Positions 1 through 9,819 are shown, counted from the stretch's first letter. The stretch is DNA of 64,000 nucleotides from Myxococcota bacterium (GCA_965228475.1 OZ245817.1:4000001-4064000); one strand, 5' to 3'. The notes: generated from the sequence alone by a model not told the origin. A program made the numbers and translations.

Positions 1-804
1 GTTCGCGAGCTCGATCTCGAAGGGAACGGTGCGCGTCGCCCGATCCGCCGCCACGTCGACGCGCGAGATCGTCCCCGCGAAGCTCCGGCCGGGCCAGAGC
101 GGCGTGCGCAGCATCGCGGCACCGCCGACGACGAGCTTCGACGCCTCGGTGTCCGCCACCGCGGCCCGCACGTCGACCGGATCGAGCTGCACGAGCACGA
201 GCACCGGGCTCGCCGCCGTCGCGCTCTCGTGGGCTTCGAGGAGGCGCCGCTCGACCACGCCGGAGATCGGAGCGCGCAGGACCGCCTTGCCGTGACGATC
301 CCGGGCGGCTTCGAGGCGGACGCGCGCCTCCGAAAGCTCCGCCGAGGCCATCTCGGACGTGGAGAGCGCCCGGTCGTGGGCGCGGCGCGAGGTCGTGTCC
401 CGGGCCAGCAGCGCTTCCTGGCGCGCGAGGGCGCGCTCGGCATCCGCGGCGTGGGCCTTGGCGCGCGCGACGGCCGCCCGGGCGGCCCGCACCTCCCGTG
501 CGAGATCGTCGGCGTCGAGTTCGGCCAGGATCGCCCCGGCCTCGACGCGGTCGCCCTCTTCGACGTGAAAACGCTCGACGAAGCCCGCCACGCGGAAGGC
601 GAGCTCGATCCGCGCCCGCGCCTCGACGACGCCCGGCACCACGAGCACCGGGGTCACCGGGCGCACGGCGAGTTCCTCGACCGAAACGGCCGTGGCGGTC
701 TCCACGCGGGCGGAGACGGCCGGCGCGTCCTCGCATCCGAGCCCCCCCGCAAGCAACAGCCCGGCCAGGCCCCAGCGTGCGACGGCGGCGATTCTTCGAT
801 TCAT
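1..804 (-). CDS. Efflux RND transporter periplasmic adaptor (MFP) lipoprotein, runs off the window start
   Basis: Translated by hand (not in ORF track): MNRRIAAVARWGLAGLLLAGGLGC (lipobox-like) ...PGVVEARARIELAFRVAGFVERFHVEEGDRVEAGAILAELD, the lipoyl-like MFP motif. Confidence 0.85.
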   Translation of the reverse strand, partial: MNRRIAAVARWGLAGLLLAGGLGCEDAPAVSARVETATAVSVEELAVRPVTPVLVVPGVVEARARIELAFRVAGFVERFHVEEGDRVEAGAILAELDADDLAREVRAARAAVARAKAHAADAERALARQEALLARDTTSRRAHDRALSTSEMASAELSEARVRLEAARDRHGKAVLRAPISGVVERRLLEAHESATAASPVLVLVQLDPVDVRAAVADTEASKLVVGGAAMLRTPLWPGRSFAGTISRVDVAADRATRTVPFEIELAN

Positions 805-873
805 CTCTCGTTCTCCTCGGCTCGAGAGCCGGTGGATCGGACGGTTCGGAGAGGCCGCGGTCACGGGGACCTG

Positions 874-914
874 AAAAGAGAAACGGCCTTCCGGGTGGTG
901 CACCTGGAAGGCCG
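874..914 (-). terminator. Intrinsic terminator in the leader of the RND adaptor gene
   Basis: Minus strand CGGCCTTCCAGGTG-CAC-CACCCGGAAGGCCG (14-bp stem, one mismatch) followed by TTTCTCTTTT. Confidence 0.7.
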
Positions 915-938
915 AAAAAGACGAAAAGTCGGTTCTTC

Positions 939-1079
939 CTAGGTTGCCTCGGGCGTCTTCGCGTTCGGAGCGGCGACACGGAGCACGGCGCGGCAGACGA
1001 AACCCGTCGAGACGTGCATGGACGCAGCAACGCGCGGCGACGCGCAGAGCTCACGATGCGTTCGGTTCGGGTTGTTCAT
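939..1079 (-). CDS. Putative 46-aa leader peptide MNNPNRTHRELCASPRVAASMHVSTGFVCRAVLRVAAPNAKTPEAT
   Basis: GGAGG Shine-Dalgarno 6 nt before the ATG; TAG about 25 nt before the terminator stem. Confidence 0.5.
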   Translation of the reverse strand: MNNPNRTHRELCASPRVAASMHVSTGFVCRAVLRVAAPNAKTPEAT

Positions 1080-1106
1080 CAGGCACCTCCGGCAGGAAGT
1101 CGCCCG

Positions 1107-1156
1107 ACTCTATCCGACGCCCGGCGCGGGAGTCAACTGCCACTTTCCAGTGGCAG
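1107..1156 (-). promoter_or_regulatory. Sigma70-like promoter TTGACT-N18-TAGAGT with adjacent inverted repeat CTGCCACT-N4-AGTGGCAG
   Basis: -35 at 1131-1136, -10 at 1107-1112, palindrome at 1137-1156. Confidence 0.55.
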
Positions 1157-1212
1157 CGCCTCCGCCCGGCGGCGGCGCTCCGAGGAGCCTTCGCAGGCCC
1201 CGGGGCGGCCGC

Positions 1213-2076
1213 CTAGCGCCAGCAGGCCAGGTACGGGAGCCAGGAGTCCTCGGTCTCGTAGTGGTCGACCTTGTCGAGATCCGAGGAGGCCTCGCCGTCC
1301 TCGTCGAGATACTCGGCGTAGACGTCGACCCGGGAGAAACCGGCCTCGGCCGCGACGTCCCGCAGCTCGGGAACGCTCCACATCCGCCAGTCGTAGTGGA
1401 AGGCGCTCTTCAGCATCGAGCCATCGGGGAAACGGAAGTGGATCTTGCGCACGCCGCGGTGCGTGATGCCGTCGACCGGCTTCTGCTCCCAGATGTACGT
1501 GAACTTCTTGAGCTCGCGCTCCTCCCACTCTTCCTCGATCGCGCTCGTCCCGGCATGGTTGTCGAGGAAGAACACGCCGTCGTCGACGAGGCTCTCGCGC
1601 ACGGACCGGAAGTAGTCGAGCAGCTGCTGGCGCTCGTGGAAGACGCAGTAGGAGAAGTTGAAGGCGCAGACGATGTCGACCTTCGGCTCCACCACGTCGA
1701 GCACGTTCTTCTCGAGCAGGGTGATGCGCTTGGCCGCCTTCTTGATGCGGGCGAGGTTGTGCTCGCGGCCCCAGTCGAGCGTCGGCGCATCGAGGTCGAC
1801 GCCGATCGCCGTGCGGTCCTTGCGGGTCTTCACCCACTCGCAGGAGATCAGCGCCGTTCCGCAGAAGTCCTCCCGCAGGGAGAGCGCACGGCGGCCCGTG
1901 GTCTCCCGGAAGGCCCGGTCCATGAGCTCGATGTCGACGGAGGGCTCCTGCACGGCCTGCTGGTAGAGCACGTGCCGGTCGGCGGTCTCCGCCCGCGGTG
2001 TGCGCTTGCTGCGCCGCTCCTTGCCCTTGCCCTTCGCCTTGCGGCGCTTCTTGTCCTTCTTGCTGCGCTTCGCCAC
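1213..2076 (-). CDS. Class I SAM-dependent methyltransferase
   Basis: LREDFCGTA motif I-like, [15 protein letters not shown]; Lys/Arg-rich N-terminus; GTG start after GGAGGGG. Confidence 0.75.
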   Translation of the reverse strand: MAKRSKKDKKRRKAKGKGKERRSKRTPRAETADRHVLYQQAVQEPSVDIELMDRAFRETTGRRALSLREDFCGTALISCEWVKTRKDRTAIGVDLDAPTLDWGREHNLARIKKAAKRITLLEKNVLDVVEPKVDIVCAFNFSYCVFHERQQLLDYFRSVRESLVDDGVFFLDNHAGTSAIEEEWEERELKKFTYIWEQKPVDGITHRGVRKIHFRFPDGSMLKSAFHYDWRMWSVPELRDVAAEAGFSRVDVYAEYLDEDGEASSDLDKVDHYETEDSWLPYLACWR

Positions 2077-2152
2077 CTCACCCCTCCGCGATTCGCCGCA
2101 TCCTACAACGGATCCGTGGGATACTGCCGCCCGCTTCGTACGAGGAGGGTGC

Positions 2153-4279
2153 ATGCGAGGAATCGGATCGATCGGGTGGGCGGCCCTGTTCGCGCTGGCC
2201 GTCGCGGGCTGCGGTGGCGAGGAGGCCGTCGAGGCCCCGGCGGAAGGCGCGGCTCCGGCGGCAGTCACCGAGGGGTCCGAAGCGACCGATCCGGCCTCAG
2301 AGGAGCGTGCGGCCACGGGCCCGGCCGGGCTCGACGACGCCCGTCTCCGCGCGGCCGCCGGCGACGCGGACAACTGGCTGAGCCACGGGCGCGACTACGC
2401 CGAGCAGCGTTTCAGCCCCCTCCGCCAGGTCGATGCCGACAACGTCGGGAAGCTCGTGCGCGTCTGGAGCTTCGAGACAGGGCTCTCGCGCGGCCACGAG
2501 GCGACCCCCATCGTCGTCGACGGCCGCATGTTCCTGACGGGCTCCTGGAGCATCGTCTTCGCGCTCGATGCCCGGACGGGTGAAGAGCTCTGGCGCTACG
2601 ACCCGCAGGTCCCCCGCGAGACCGCCGTGAAGGCGTGCTGCGACGTCGTGAACCGGGGCGTGGCCGTGTACCGCGGCAAGGTCTACGTCGGCACCCTCGA
2701 CGGCCGCCTCGTCGCCCTCGACGCGGAGACGGGGGATCCGGTCTGGGAGACCGTGACCGTCGACCCCGAGAAGGACTACACCGTCACCGGCGCGCCGCGC
2801 ATCGTGAAGGGCCACGTGATCCTCGGCAACGGCGGCGCGGAGTTCGGCGTGCGCGGTTACGTCTCCGCCTACGACGCCGAGACCGGCGAGCTCGCCTGGC
2901 GGACCTTCACCGTGCCGGGCGACCCCTCGAAGCCCTTCGAGTCCGAGGCCCTCGAGCGCGCGGCCGGGACCTGGACCGGCGAGTGGTGGAAAGCCGGCGG
3001 CGGCGGCACGGCCTGGGACAGCATGGCCTACGACCCGGACCTCGATCTGCTCTACGTCGGCACCGGCAACGGCTCGCCCTGGAGCCGCTACACGCGCAGC
3101 CCCGGCGGCGGCGACAACCTCTACGTGTGCAGCATCCTGGCCCTGCGCCCGGACACCGGCGAGCTCGTCTGGCACTTCCAGACCACGCCCGGGGACACCT
3201 GGGACTACACCTCGACCCAGCACATGATCCTCGCGGACCTCATGATCGAGGGCCGGCTGCGCAAGGTGCTGATGCAGGCGCCGAAGAACGGCTTCTTCTG
3301 GGTGATCGACCGCGAGAGCGGCGAGTTCATCTCGGCCGAACCCTACGTGACGGTGACCTGGGCCGACGGCGTCGACCCCAAGACGGGCCGCCCGATCCCG
3401 AGCGCATCGGGGGAGTACGACCAGGGCCTCGCCATGGTCCAGCCGACGGCCTTCGGCGGGCACAACTGGCAGCCGATGTCCTTCAACCCGGTCACCGGGC
3501 TCGTCTACGTCCCGGCCCAGGAGATCCTCGGCGCCTACGCCCTCGACGAGGACTTCAAGCGAACGACGAACCACTTCAACACCGGCACCGATCACTCGGT
3601 GTTCGCGACGCTCACCCGCGAAGTCGTCGGCGGGCACCTGCTCGCCTGGGACCCGGTCGAGCAGCGCGAGGCCTGGCGCCACCCCTACGCCATGCCCTGG
3701 AACGGCGGCACGCTCACCACGGCCGGCAACCTCGTCTTCCAGGGCACCGCCGACGGCCGTTTCCTGGCCCTGCGCGCGGACGACGGCCGCAAGCTCTGGG
3801 AGGCCCACGCCGGCTCCGGCGTGATCGCGGCGCCGGTGAGCTATGCGGTCGACGGCGTGCAGTTCATCACGGTCGTGGCGGGTTGGGGCGGCGCCTTCGC
3901 CCTCGCCGGAGGCGACGCCGCGGGACAGGCCGGCGTGATCTCGCGCGGCATCGTCAACACCTACGCGCTCTTCGACCAGCCGATCACCTCCGCCGTGGTC
4001 CGTGCCCTGCTCGACGCCCGCCCCCCCGAGACGGCCCGCAACGAGGACCTCTTCCACACCTGGTGCGCCCGCTGCCACGGAGCCCGCGCCGTCGGCTCCG
4101 GCGTGATCTCGGACCTCCGGTACGCCATCGGCCGCCTCGGCGACGATTTCGACGTGGTGGTGCGCGACGGGCTCCTCGGCGCCGGCATGCCCGCCTTCGA
4201 CGGCATCCTCGACGAAGCCGAGGTCGCCGGGCTCAGGACCTACCTGCTGGAACGCGCCGCCGAGGACGGCCTTCGGTGA
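2153..4279 (+). CDS. PQQ-dependent quinohemoprotein alcohol dehydrogenase (type II-like), lipoprotein
   Basis: Lipobox LAVAGC; vicinal [26 protein letters not shown]-terminal heme motif CARCH; GGAGG SD. Confidence 0.93.
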   Translation: MRGIGSIGWAALFALAVAGCGGEEAVEAPAEGAAPAAVTEGSEATDPASEERAATGPAGLDDARLRAAAGDADNWLSHGRDYAEQRFSPLRQVDADNVGKLVRVWSFETGLSRGHEATPIVVDGRMFLTGSWSIVFALDARTGEELWRYDPQVPRETAVKACCDVVNRGVAVYRGKVYVGTLDGRLVALDAETGDPVWETVTVDPEKDYTVTGAPRIVKGHVILGNGGAEFGVRGYVSAYDAETGELAWRTFTVPGDPSKPFESEALERAAGTWTGEWWKAGGGGTAWDSMAYDPDLDLLYVGTGNGSPWSRYTRSPGGGDNLYVCSILALRPDTGELVWHFQTTPGDTWDYTSTQHMILADLMIEGRLRKVLMQAPKNGFFWVIDRESGEFISAEPYVTVTWADGVDPKTGRPIPSASGEYDQGLAMVQPTAFGGHNWQPMSFNPVTGLVYVPAQEILGAYALDEDFKRTTNHFNTGTDHSVFATLTREVVGGHLLAWDPVEQREAWRHPYAMPWNGGTLTTAGNLVFQGTADGRFLALRADDGRKLWEAHAGSGVIAAPVSYAVDGVQFITVVAGWGGAFALAGGDAAGQAGVISRGIVNTYALFDQPITSAVVRALLDARPPETARNEDLFHTWCARCHGARAVGSGVISDLRYAIGRLGDDFDVVVRDGLLGAGMPAFDGILDEAEVAGLRTYLLERAAEDGLR

Positions 4280-4451
4280 GCCTGACTGAGGGCTTGCACA
4301 CCCACCCCCTTCTGCATTCGGACCTTGGGCTTTTTCGGGTTCGGGCCGATAAGGGAGTGCAACTCGGGCTTGGATGCCTTTGAATCTGCTTGAACTCGAT
4401 CGGCGCGGGCGTTATCAACTCCGTCGCGTGGACCGAACCACAGGAGTCTTC

Positions 4452-4949
4452 ATGAAGTTCGTTCGTATCGTCGGTCTCATCGGTGCCGCTGCCTTCCTGC
4501 AGGGCTGCGCCCAGCTCGGCTACGAGTGCCCGGAGTGCTGCCCGCGGCCCGTCATGGCCCAGGCGCCCGCGTACACGCCGCCGCCGGCCCCGGCTCCCGA
4601 CCCCTGCTCGGGCGTGATCCGGCTGCGAGGCGTCAACTTCGACTTTGACCGCGACACGCTTCGCCCCGAGTCGTTCCCGATCCTCAATCGGGCGGCCGAG
4701 CGCCTGCGTCAGTGCGGCAGCGAGCGCCTGCAGGTCGAGGGCCACACGGACTCGATCGGCAGCGACGCCTACAACCAGGACCTTTCGGAGCGCCGCGCGC
4801 GCACCGTGCGGGACTACCTCGTTTCTCGCGGTGTCGCGGGCAGCCGCATCACCTCGGCGGGCTTCGGCGAGAGCCGCCCGATCGCGAGCAACGACAACCC
4901 GGACGGCCGGTTCCTGAACCGCCGCGTCGAGGTCCGCTTCCTCGACTGA
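4452..4949 (+). CDS. OmpA-family peptidoglycan-binding lipoprotein
   Basis: Lipobox FLQGC; VNFDFD, VEGHTDSIGSDAYNQDLSERRA, GFGESRP, NRRVE. Confidence 0.93.
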   Translation: MKFVRIVGLIGAAAFLQGCAQLGYECPECCPRPVMAQAPAYTPPPAPAPDPCSGVIRLRGVNFDFDRDTLRPESFPILNRAAERLRQCGSERLQVEGHTDSIGSDAYNQDLSERRARTVRDYLVSRGVAGSRITSAGFGESRPIASNDNPDGRFLNRRVEVRFLD

Positions 4950-4972
4950 GCCACGGGCTCGACCGGAACCTG

Positions 4973-5012
4973 GAAGGGGCGTCGCGGATTCGCGGCGCCC
5001 CTTCTTCTTTTT
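4973..5012 (+). terminator. Intrinsic terminator after the OmpA gene
   Basis: GAAGGGGCGTCGCG-GATT-CGCGGCGCCCCTTC followed by TTCTTTTT. Confidence 0.8.
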
Positions 5013-5065
5013 GCGCGCTTTCTTCCGAACTTTCTTTCGGGCCGGTGCGTCTGCACACCGGGAGC

Positions 5066-5083
5066 CCGTGATCCGAATCACGG
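5066..5083. promoter_or_regulatory. Palindrome CCGTGATCCGAATCACGG, CRP/FNR-family-like site
   Basis: GTGA-N6-TCAC core about 150 bp upstream of the S8 protease. Confidence 0.35.
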
Positions 5084-5230
5084 CAGACCGGCAGTCGGCT
5101 CGCAAGCGCTCGGCATCCCCTCACGCAAGCCGGCCCCGCCCCAGCCGAAGCACCCGCCCCTCAAGGCCCGGTGCTTCTCCTCCGCAGAGCAGTGTGGAGG
5201 GGGCGGTACCCGCGGGAGGGGGTCGTCCAC

Positions 5231-7864
5231 GTGCATCGAGCGCAACGTTTCGCGAGCCGCGAGGCTCGTCACGGACATCAGGGAATCTCGAACCTCGGCG
5301 CCTGGCTCTGCGCAGCCTTGCTGCTGCTCGGCGGCCTGTCGGCCGGCGTCGCCCACGCCGAAGAGGGTGGCGCGGCGGTGGATCGCGTCGTGGAGCGCGC
5401 GGTCGAGACCGGCCGCGTGCGCGTGATCGTCCGCGTCCAGCCCGTTCAGGATTTCGAAGAGCGCTACGGCCAGTACTTCGGCCGTCAGGATCAGCGCGAG
5501 CGGATGCGCGCCCGCATCGGGATCGCCCAGCTCGACGTGCTCGGCCGCCTGCCCGGCGGAAGCCTCCACGACGCTCGCTCCTACCCGGACCTCCCCTACC
5601 TCGCGCTCGAGGTCGGCCTCGACGCCCTCGACGAGCTGGCCGTCGACCCGGACGTCGTGGAGGTCGAACTCGACGTCCCGGCCCGGCGGGCGCTCTCGAC
5701 GAGCAGTCCCGTCGTCGGTGCCCCGGACGCCTGGGCGGCCGGCGCGACGGGCGACGGCTGGAACGTCGCCATCCTCGATACGGGCGTCGACTCGAGCCAC
5801 GGCTTCCTTCCGGGCAAGGTCGTCGCCGAGGCCTGCTTCTCCACGACCACGTCCTTCTCTTCGAGCCTCTGTCCCTCGGGCGGCGAGGTCCAGGTCGGCC
5901 CCGGTGCGGGCGCGGCCTGCGACCCGGCGGTTGCCGGCTGCAGCCACGGCACCCACGTCGCGGGGATCGCGGCGGGCACCGGCGGCAGTTTCCACGGCGT
6001 CGCGCGCGAGGGCGGCATCATCGCGATCCAGGTCTTCTCCCGCTTCGACGACCCGGCGGACTGCTCGCCGGGCTCGGCACCGTGCGCGTTGGCGTGGTCC
6101 TCGGATCAGATCGCCGCCCTGCAGCACGTCTACGACCTGCGCAACGACTTCGACATCGCCTCGGTCAACATGAGCCTCGGCGGCGGCGTCTATTCGAGCC
6201 AGGCCACCTGCGACGCCAACAACGCCGGCACCAAGGCCGCGATCGATCAGCTGCGCTCCGTCGGCATCGCGACGGTGATCTCGAGCGGCAACAACGGCTC
6301 CTCGAGCGGCGTGAGCTCGCCGGGCTGCATCTCGACGGCCGTCGCAGTCGGAGCGACGACCGACAGCGACGCCATCGCGAGCTTCTCGAACAGCTCCTCC
6401 CTGCTCGACCTGCTCGCGCCCGGCGTCTCGGTGCGCTCCTCCGTCGCGGGCGGTGGCTACGGCACCTGGAACGGCACCTCGATGGCGGCGCCCCACGTCG
6501 CCGGCGCCTGGGCCGTGCTCAAGCACGCCAACCCCACGGCCTCGGTGAGCGACGTCCTCACGCTCCTGCAGAACACGGGCGTCTCCCTCACGGACCCGCG
6601 CAACGGCGTGACCCGGCCGCGCATCCGCGTCGGCGCCGCGGTCGCGAACGAGCCGCCCACGCCGGCTCCGGAAGCGCCGACCCTCGTCTCTCCGGCCGGC
6701 ACCGTCACCACGGCGCGGCCGACCTTCGTCTGGAACTCGGTCCCGGGCGGCGACGACTACCACCTCTTCGTGAGCGACGCGACGGGCACCGTCGTCGACC
6801 AGTCCTTCAGCGGCGCGAGCCTCGGTTGCGGCGGCGGCGGAAGCTGCTCGGTCGAATCCCCGGCGAGCCTCACGCCCGGCAGCGTCACGTGGTGGGTCCG
6901 TGCCACCAACGATGCGGGTCCGGGCGTCTGGAGCGAGGGGCAGGGCTTCAGCTACGTCCAGGAAGCGGTGGGGAACGTCACGACCGTCTCGCCGACGGGC
7001 CTGATCGCCACGGCGACGCCCGACTTCACCTGGAGCGCCGAGGACGCCTCGACCTGGTACCAGCTCTGGGTGAGCGACCCGAACGGCACCGTGGTGAACC
7101 GCTGGTACACCGCCGCCCAGGCCGGCTGTGCGGGCGGCGGAACCTGCTCCGTCAGCCCCGGCGCGAGCGTCGCCCCGGGCCAGAGCCGCTGGTGGGTGCG
7201 CGGATGGAACGCCTCGGGCGCCGGACCGTGGACCGCCGCGATCGCCTTCTGGCGCGACGGCGGAGCCCCGCCCGCCGCGACCCTCGTCTCGCCGAGCGGC
7301 GCGGGCACGGCAGCAACGCCGACCTTCACCTGGAACGCCGTGGCCTCGTCGACCTGGTACGAAGTCTGGGTCGACGACGGCTCGGGCCACCGCTTCGACG
7401 AGTGGTACACCGCCGAGGACGTGGGCTGTGGCGCCGGCGGCGGCAACTGCACCCTCGTCTCGCCGGTCGCGCTGGCGGCCGGAAGCGGGCGCTGGTGGGT
7501 CCGGACCTACAACGCCGATGGCAACGGGCCGTGGAGCTCGGGCATGGACTTCTCGCGCGCGGCCGCAACGCCGGCCGCTGCGACGCTCGTCGCGCCCGCG
7601 GGCGGTGGCACACCGGCGGTACCGACCTTCACCTGGAACGCGGTCGCCGACTCGACCTGGTACGAAGTCTCGGTGAACGACGCGACCGGCAACCGCTTCT
7701 CGACCTGGTACACCGCGGCGGAAGTGGGTTGCGACGGCGGCGGCACGTGCACGCTCACTTCGCCCGTCGGCCTGGCTTCGGGTGCGGGGGTCTGGTGGGT
7801 ACGGACGTACAACGCCGACGGCAACGGGCCGTGGAGCGACGCGGCCCACTTCGTCGTGCCCTAG
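5231..7864 (+). CDS. Secreted S8 (subtilisin) serine peptidase with four C-terminal ~100-aa repeats
   Basis: Catalytic motifs AILDTGVD, HGTHVAG, GTSMAAPHVAG; signal peptide; start position uncertain (GTG at 5231). Confidence 0.92.
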   Translation: MHRAQRFASREARHGHQGISNLGAWLCAALLLLGGLSAGVAHAEEGGAAVDRVVERAVETGRVRVIVRVQPVQDFEERYGQYFGRQDQRERMRARIGIAQLDVLGRLPGGSLHDARSYPDLPYLALEVGLDALDELAVDPDVVEVELDVPARRALSTSSPVVGAPDAWAAGATGDGWNVAILDTGVDSSHGFLPGKVVAEACFSTTTSFSSSLCPSGGEVQVGPGAGAACDPAVAGCSHGTHVAGIAAGTGGSFHGVAREGGIIAIQVFSRFDDPADCSPGSAPCALAWSSDQIAALQHVYDLRNDFDIASVNMSLGGGVYSSQATCDANNAGTKAAIDQLRSVGIATVISSGNNGSSSGVSSPGCISTAVAVGATTDSDAIASFSNSSSLLDLLAPGVSVRSSVAGGGYGTWNGTSMAAPHVAGAWAVLKHANPTASVSDVLTLLQNTGVSLTDPRNGVTRPRIRVGAAVANEPPTPAPEAPTLVSPAGTVTTARPTFVWNSVPGGDDYHLFVSDATGTVVDQSFSGASLGCGGGGSCSVESPASLTPGSVTWWVRATNDAGPGVWSEGQGFSYVQEAVGNVTTVSPTGLIATATPDFTWSAEDASTWYQLWVSDPNGTVVNRWYTAAQAGCAGGGTCSVSPGASVAPGQSRWWVRGWNASGAGPWTAAIAFWRDGGAPPAATLVSPSGAGTAATPTFTWNAVASSTWYEVWVDDGSGHRFDEWYTAEDVGCGAGGGNCTLVSPVALAAGSGRWWVRTYNADGNGPWSSGMDFSRAAATPAAATLVAPAGGGTPAVPTFTWNAVADSTWYEVSVNDATGNRFSTWYTAAEVGCDGGGTCTLTSPVGLASGAGVWWVRTYNADGNGPWSDAAHFVVP
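6670..7861 (+). repeat. Four tandem ~300-bp coding repeats (FN3/Ig-like modules)
   Basis: Recurrent TLVSPxG...PTFTWNAV...TWYxVWVxD...GCxGGGxC...WWVRxxN..GxGPWS. Confidence 0.8.
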
Positions 7865-7964
7865 GCGGTTCGCGAAGAGCGAACTAGAGCCGATCTCGAA
7901 CACTGTGAAGCGGGCTCGGCCCTCCTCGGTGGGCCGGACCCGCAGGACGTTTCTGAGACGGGCT

Positions 7965-8657
7965 CTAGTGCGAGCGGCGCAGGTTGTATTTGAGGATGCA
8001 CCACAGCGCGCGCACGCCGTCCGAGAAGCCGATCTTCTTGCCTTCTTCGTAGGTGCGGCCGGCATAGGAGATGCCGACCTCGTAGATGCGCGCGTCGAGG
8101 CGCGCGACCTTCGCGGTGATCTCCGGCTCGAAGCCGAAGCGATCCTCTTCGATGCGGATCTTCTGGAGGATCTCGCGGCGGAAGGCCTTGTAGCAGACCT
8201 CCATGTCCGTGAGGTTCAGGTTGGTCATCATGTTCGAGAGCAGGGTCAGCCCCTTGTTCGCCACCGAGTGCCAGAAATAGAGCACGCGGTGGGAGTCGCC
8301 GCCGGCGAAGCGCGAGCCGTAGACGACGTCCGCGCGGCCATCGGCGATCGGGCCGATCACTTTCAGGAGATCGTTCGGGTCGTACTCGAGGTCGGCGTCC
8401 TGCACGACCACGACGTCGCCCCGGGCGTGCTCGAACCCCGACCGAAGGGCCGCACCCTTGCCGCGGTTCTCCGGATGCTCGACGAGCTGGATCGCGCCGG
8501 TGGCCGCGATCTCGCGCAGGCGCTCACGGGTGCCGTCGCGGGAGAAGTCGTCGACGACGACGATCTCCTTGTCGAAGGGCACGGCCTTCACGCGGTCGAG
8601 GATCTCGTCGATCGTCTCGATCTCGTCGTAGGCGGGAATGACGACGGAAACCTTCAT
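7965..8657 (-). CDS. Glycosyltransferase family 2 (DPM1-like)
   Basis: VSVVIPAYDE, VVDDFSRDGT, NRGKGAALR, QDADLEYDP. Confidence 0.93.
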   Translation of the reverse strand: MKVSVVIPAYDEIETIDEILDRVKAVPFDKEIVVVDDFSRDGTRERLREIAATGAIQLVEHPENRGKGAALRSGFEHARGDVVVVQDADLEYDPNDLLKVIGPIADGRADVVYGSRFAGGDSHRVLYFWHSVANKGLTLLSNMMTNLNLTDMEVCYKAFRREILQKIRIEEDRFGFEPEITAKVARLDARIYEVGISYAGRTYEEGKKIGFSDGVRALWCILKYNLRRSH

Positions 8658-8703
8658 GGTCTTCCTTGCGCCGGCCGGGGCACCCTCACGGCGCCCGGGC
8701 CCG

Positions 8704-8746
8704 AAAACAGGGAAGCCCCCACGCCGGCTCGGCGAGAGGGCTTCCC
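8704..8746 (-). terminator. Intrinsic terminator after the coiled-coil lipoprotein gene
   Basis: Minus strand GGGAAGCCC...GGGCTTCCC hairpin followed by TGTTTT. Confidence 0.65.
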
Positions 8747-8765
8747 GAGAGCTTCGCGCGCGAGG

Positions 8766-9254
8766 CTAGTTGCGGCGCGACTGGCGCAGCCGCGTCACCT
8801 CGTTCTCGAGCGCGTACTTCTCCTTGAGAAGCTTGTCCCGGAGCGCCCACTTCTCCTTCATGAGCTGCTCGCGCTGCTCGTACTGCTGGGCGAGGAGCTT
8901 GTCCCGCTCGGTGACCTTCGCGGCCGCGAGACCGTCGCGCTCGGTGACCAGGGCGTCACGCTGCTTGATCAGGTCCGCGCGCTGGGCCAGCAGCGCCTCG
9001 CGCTGGGAGAGCAGCTCGCCGCGCTGCTGGAGTGCGGCGTCACGCTCCTGGGTGGTCGCCGCCAGCTGATTGCGCAGCCGGTTCAGCTCGGTCACGGCGT
9101 CTTCGCGCTCGCTGGCCATGCGATCCCGGTCGCTGACGACACTGTTCCGCTGGGAGACCATGTCCTGGTACTTGCCGTTGGAAACGCAGCCGGCGAGCGG
9201 AAGTGCCAGCGCCAGCACCAGGCCGTGGATCGTCAAATTTGCAGGGGCGTTCAT
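8766..9254 (-). CDS. Coiled-coil lipoprotein, hypothetical
   Basis: Lipobox LAGC, then VSNGKY and a long run of heptads of the type QRDALVT / ERDAALQ. Confidence 0.75.
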   Translation of the reverse strand: MNAPANLTIHGLVLALALPLAGCVSNGKYQDMVSQRNSVVSDRDRMASEREDAVTELNRLRNQLAATTQERDAALQQRGELLSQREALLAQRADLIKQRDALVTERDGLAAAKVTERDKLLAQQYEQREQLMKEKWALRDKLLKEKYALENEVTRLRQSRRN

Positions 9255-9373
9255 CGCGTTCCTTCCCTCAATTCCGTCGAATGTCTCGGTTCGCTCGCTT
9301 AGAGCGGTGCAAACCTCGACGGGCTCGTGCCCGGGTCGAAGCAGCAGCGGTTCGAAGCAGCAGCCGCCGGAGG

Positions 9374-9739
9374 TTACCACGATCGAGGCGGAAGGTAGAG
9401 GGCGTAGAGCACCGAGAATCCTAGGATCCACAACAAACCGGGCTCGGGCACGGAGGCGCCCGGGGGCGGGCCCGATGCGACGGGTGCGAGTTCCGAGCCG
9501 AGCTGCACGGGCGATGCCGCCGGTCCGGGCTCGGCTGGGCCTCCCGCGACCAGGCCCAGCCCGACCGGTACCCCAGCGCGCTCGGGCGGCGGCCCGAGCA
9601 GCAGCGCGGTCAGAAGCCCGCCCACGAGGGCCCCGGCCAGGGTGGCCCCGAGGCAGGCGGCGGCGAACGGGGCGGCTCTCCGGGCGGGACGCGGCATGCG
9701 TGGACTCGTTCTCGGCGGCGGAGGGGGCCCGCTCTCCAT
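9374..9739 (-). CDS. Small Pro-rich membrane protein with PEP-CTERM-like tail
   Basis: N-terminal hydrophobic helix; C-terminus SVPEPGLLWILGFSVLYALYLPPRSW; start uncertain. Confidence 0.5.
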   Translation of the reverse strand: MESGPPPPPRTSPRMPRPARRAAPFAAACLGATLAGALVGGLLTALLLGPPPERAGVPVGLGLVAGGPAEPGPAASPVQLGSELAPVASGPPPGASVPEPGLLWILGFSVLYALYLPPRSW

Positions 9740-9819
9740 CGTCCAAAGCGTGCCCGCGCCAGAGACCGAGCCTGGGGTGTGGTGAAATTCCAGCGAGACC
9801 ATGGGGGTATGCTCGGGGC

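Noticed and set aside
2153..4279. Lanthanide-dependent (XoxF/PedH-type) dehydrogenase
   Set aside because: The motif is WDYT, not DxD, and the C-terminal CxxCH fits a Ca-dependent quinohemoprotein
4295..4363. Inverted pair TTGCACACCC / GGGAGTGCAA upstream of the OmpA gene as a riboswitch
   Set aside because: Short, and matches no riboswitch consensus I recognise
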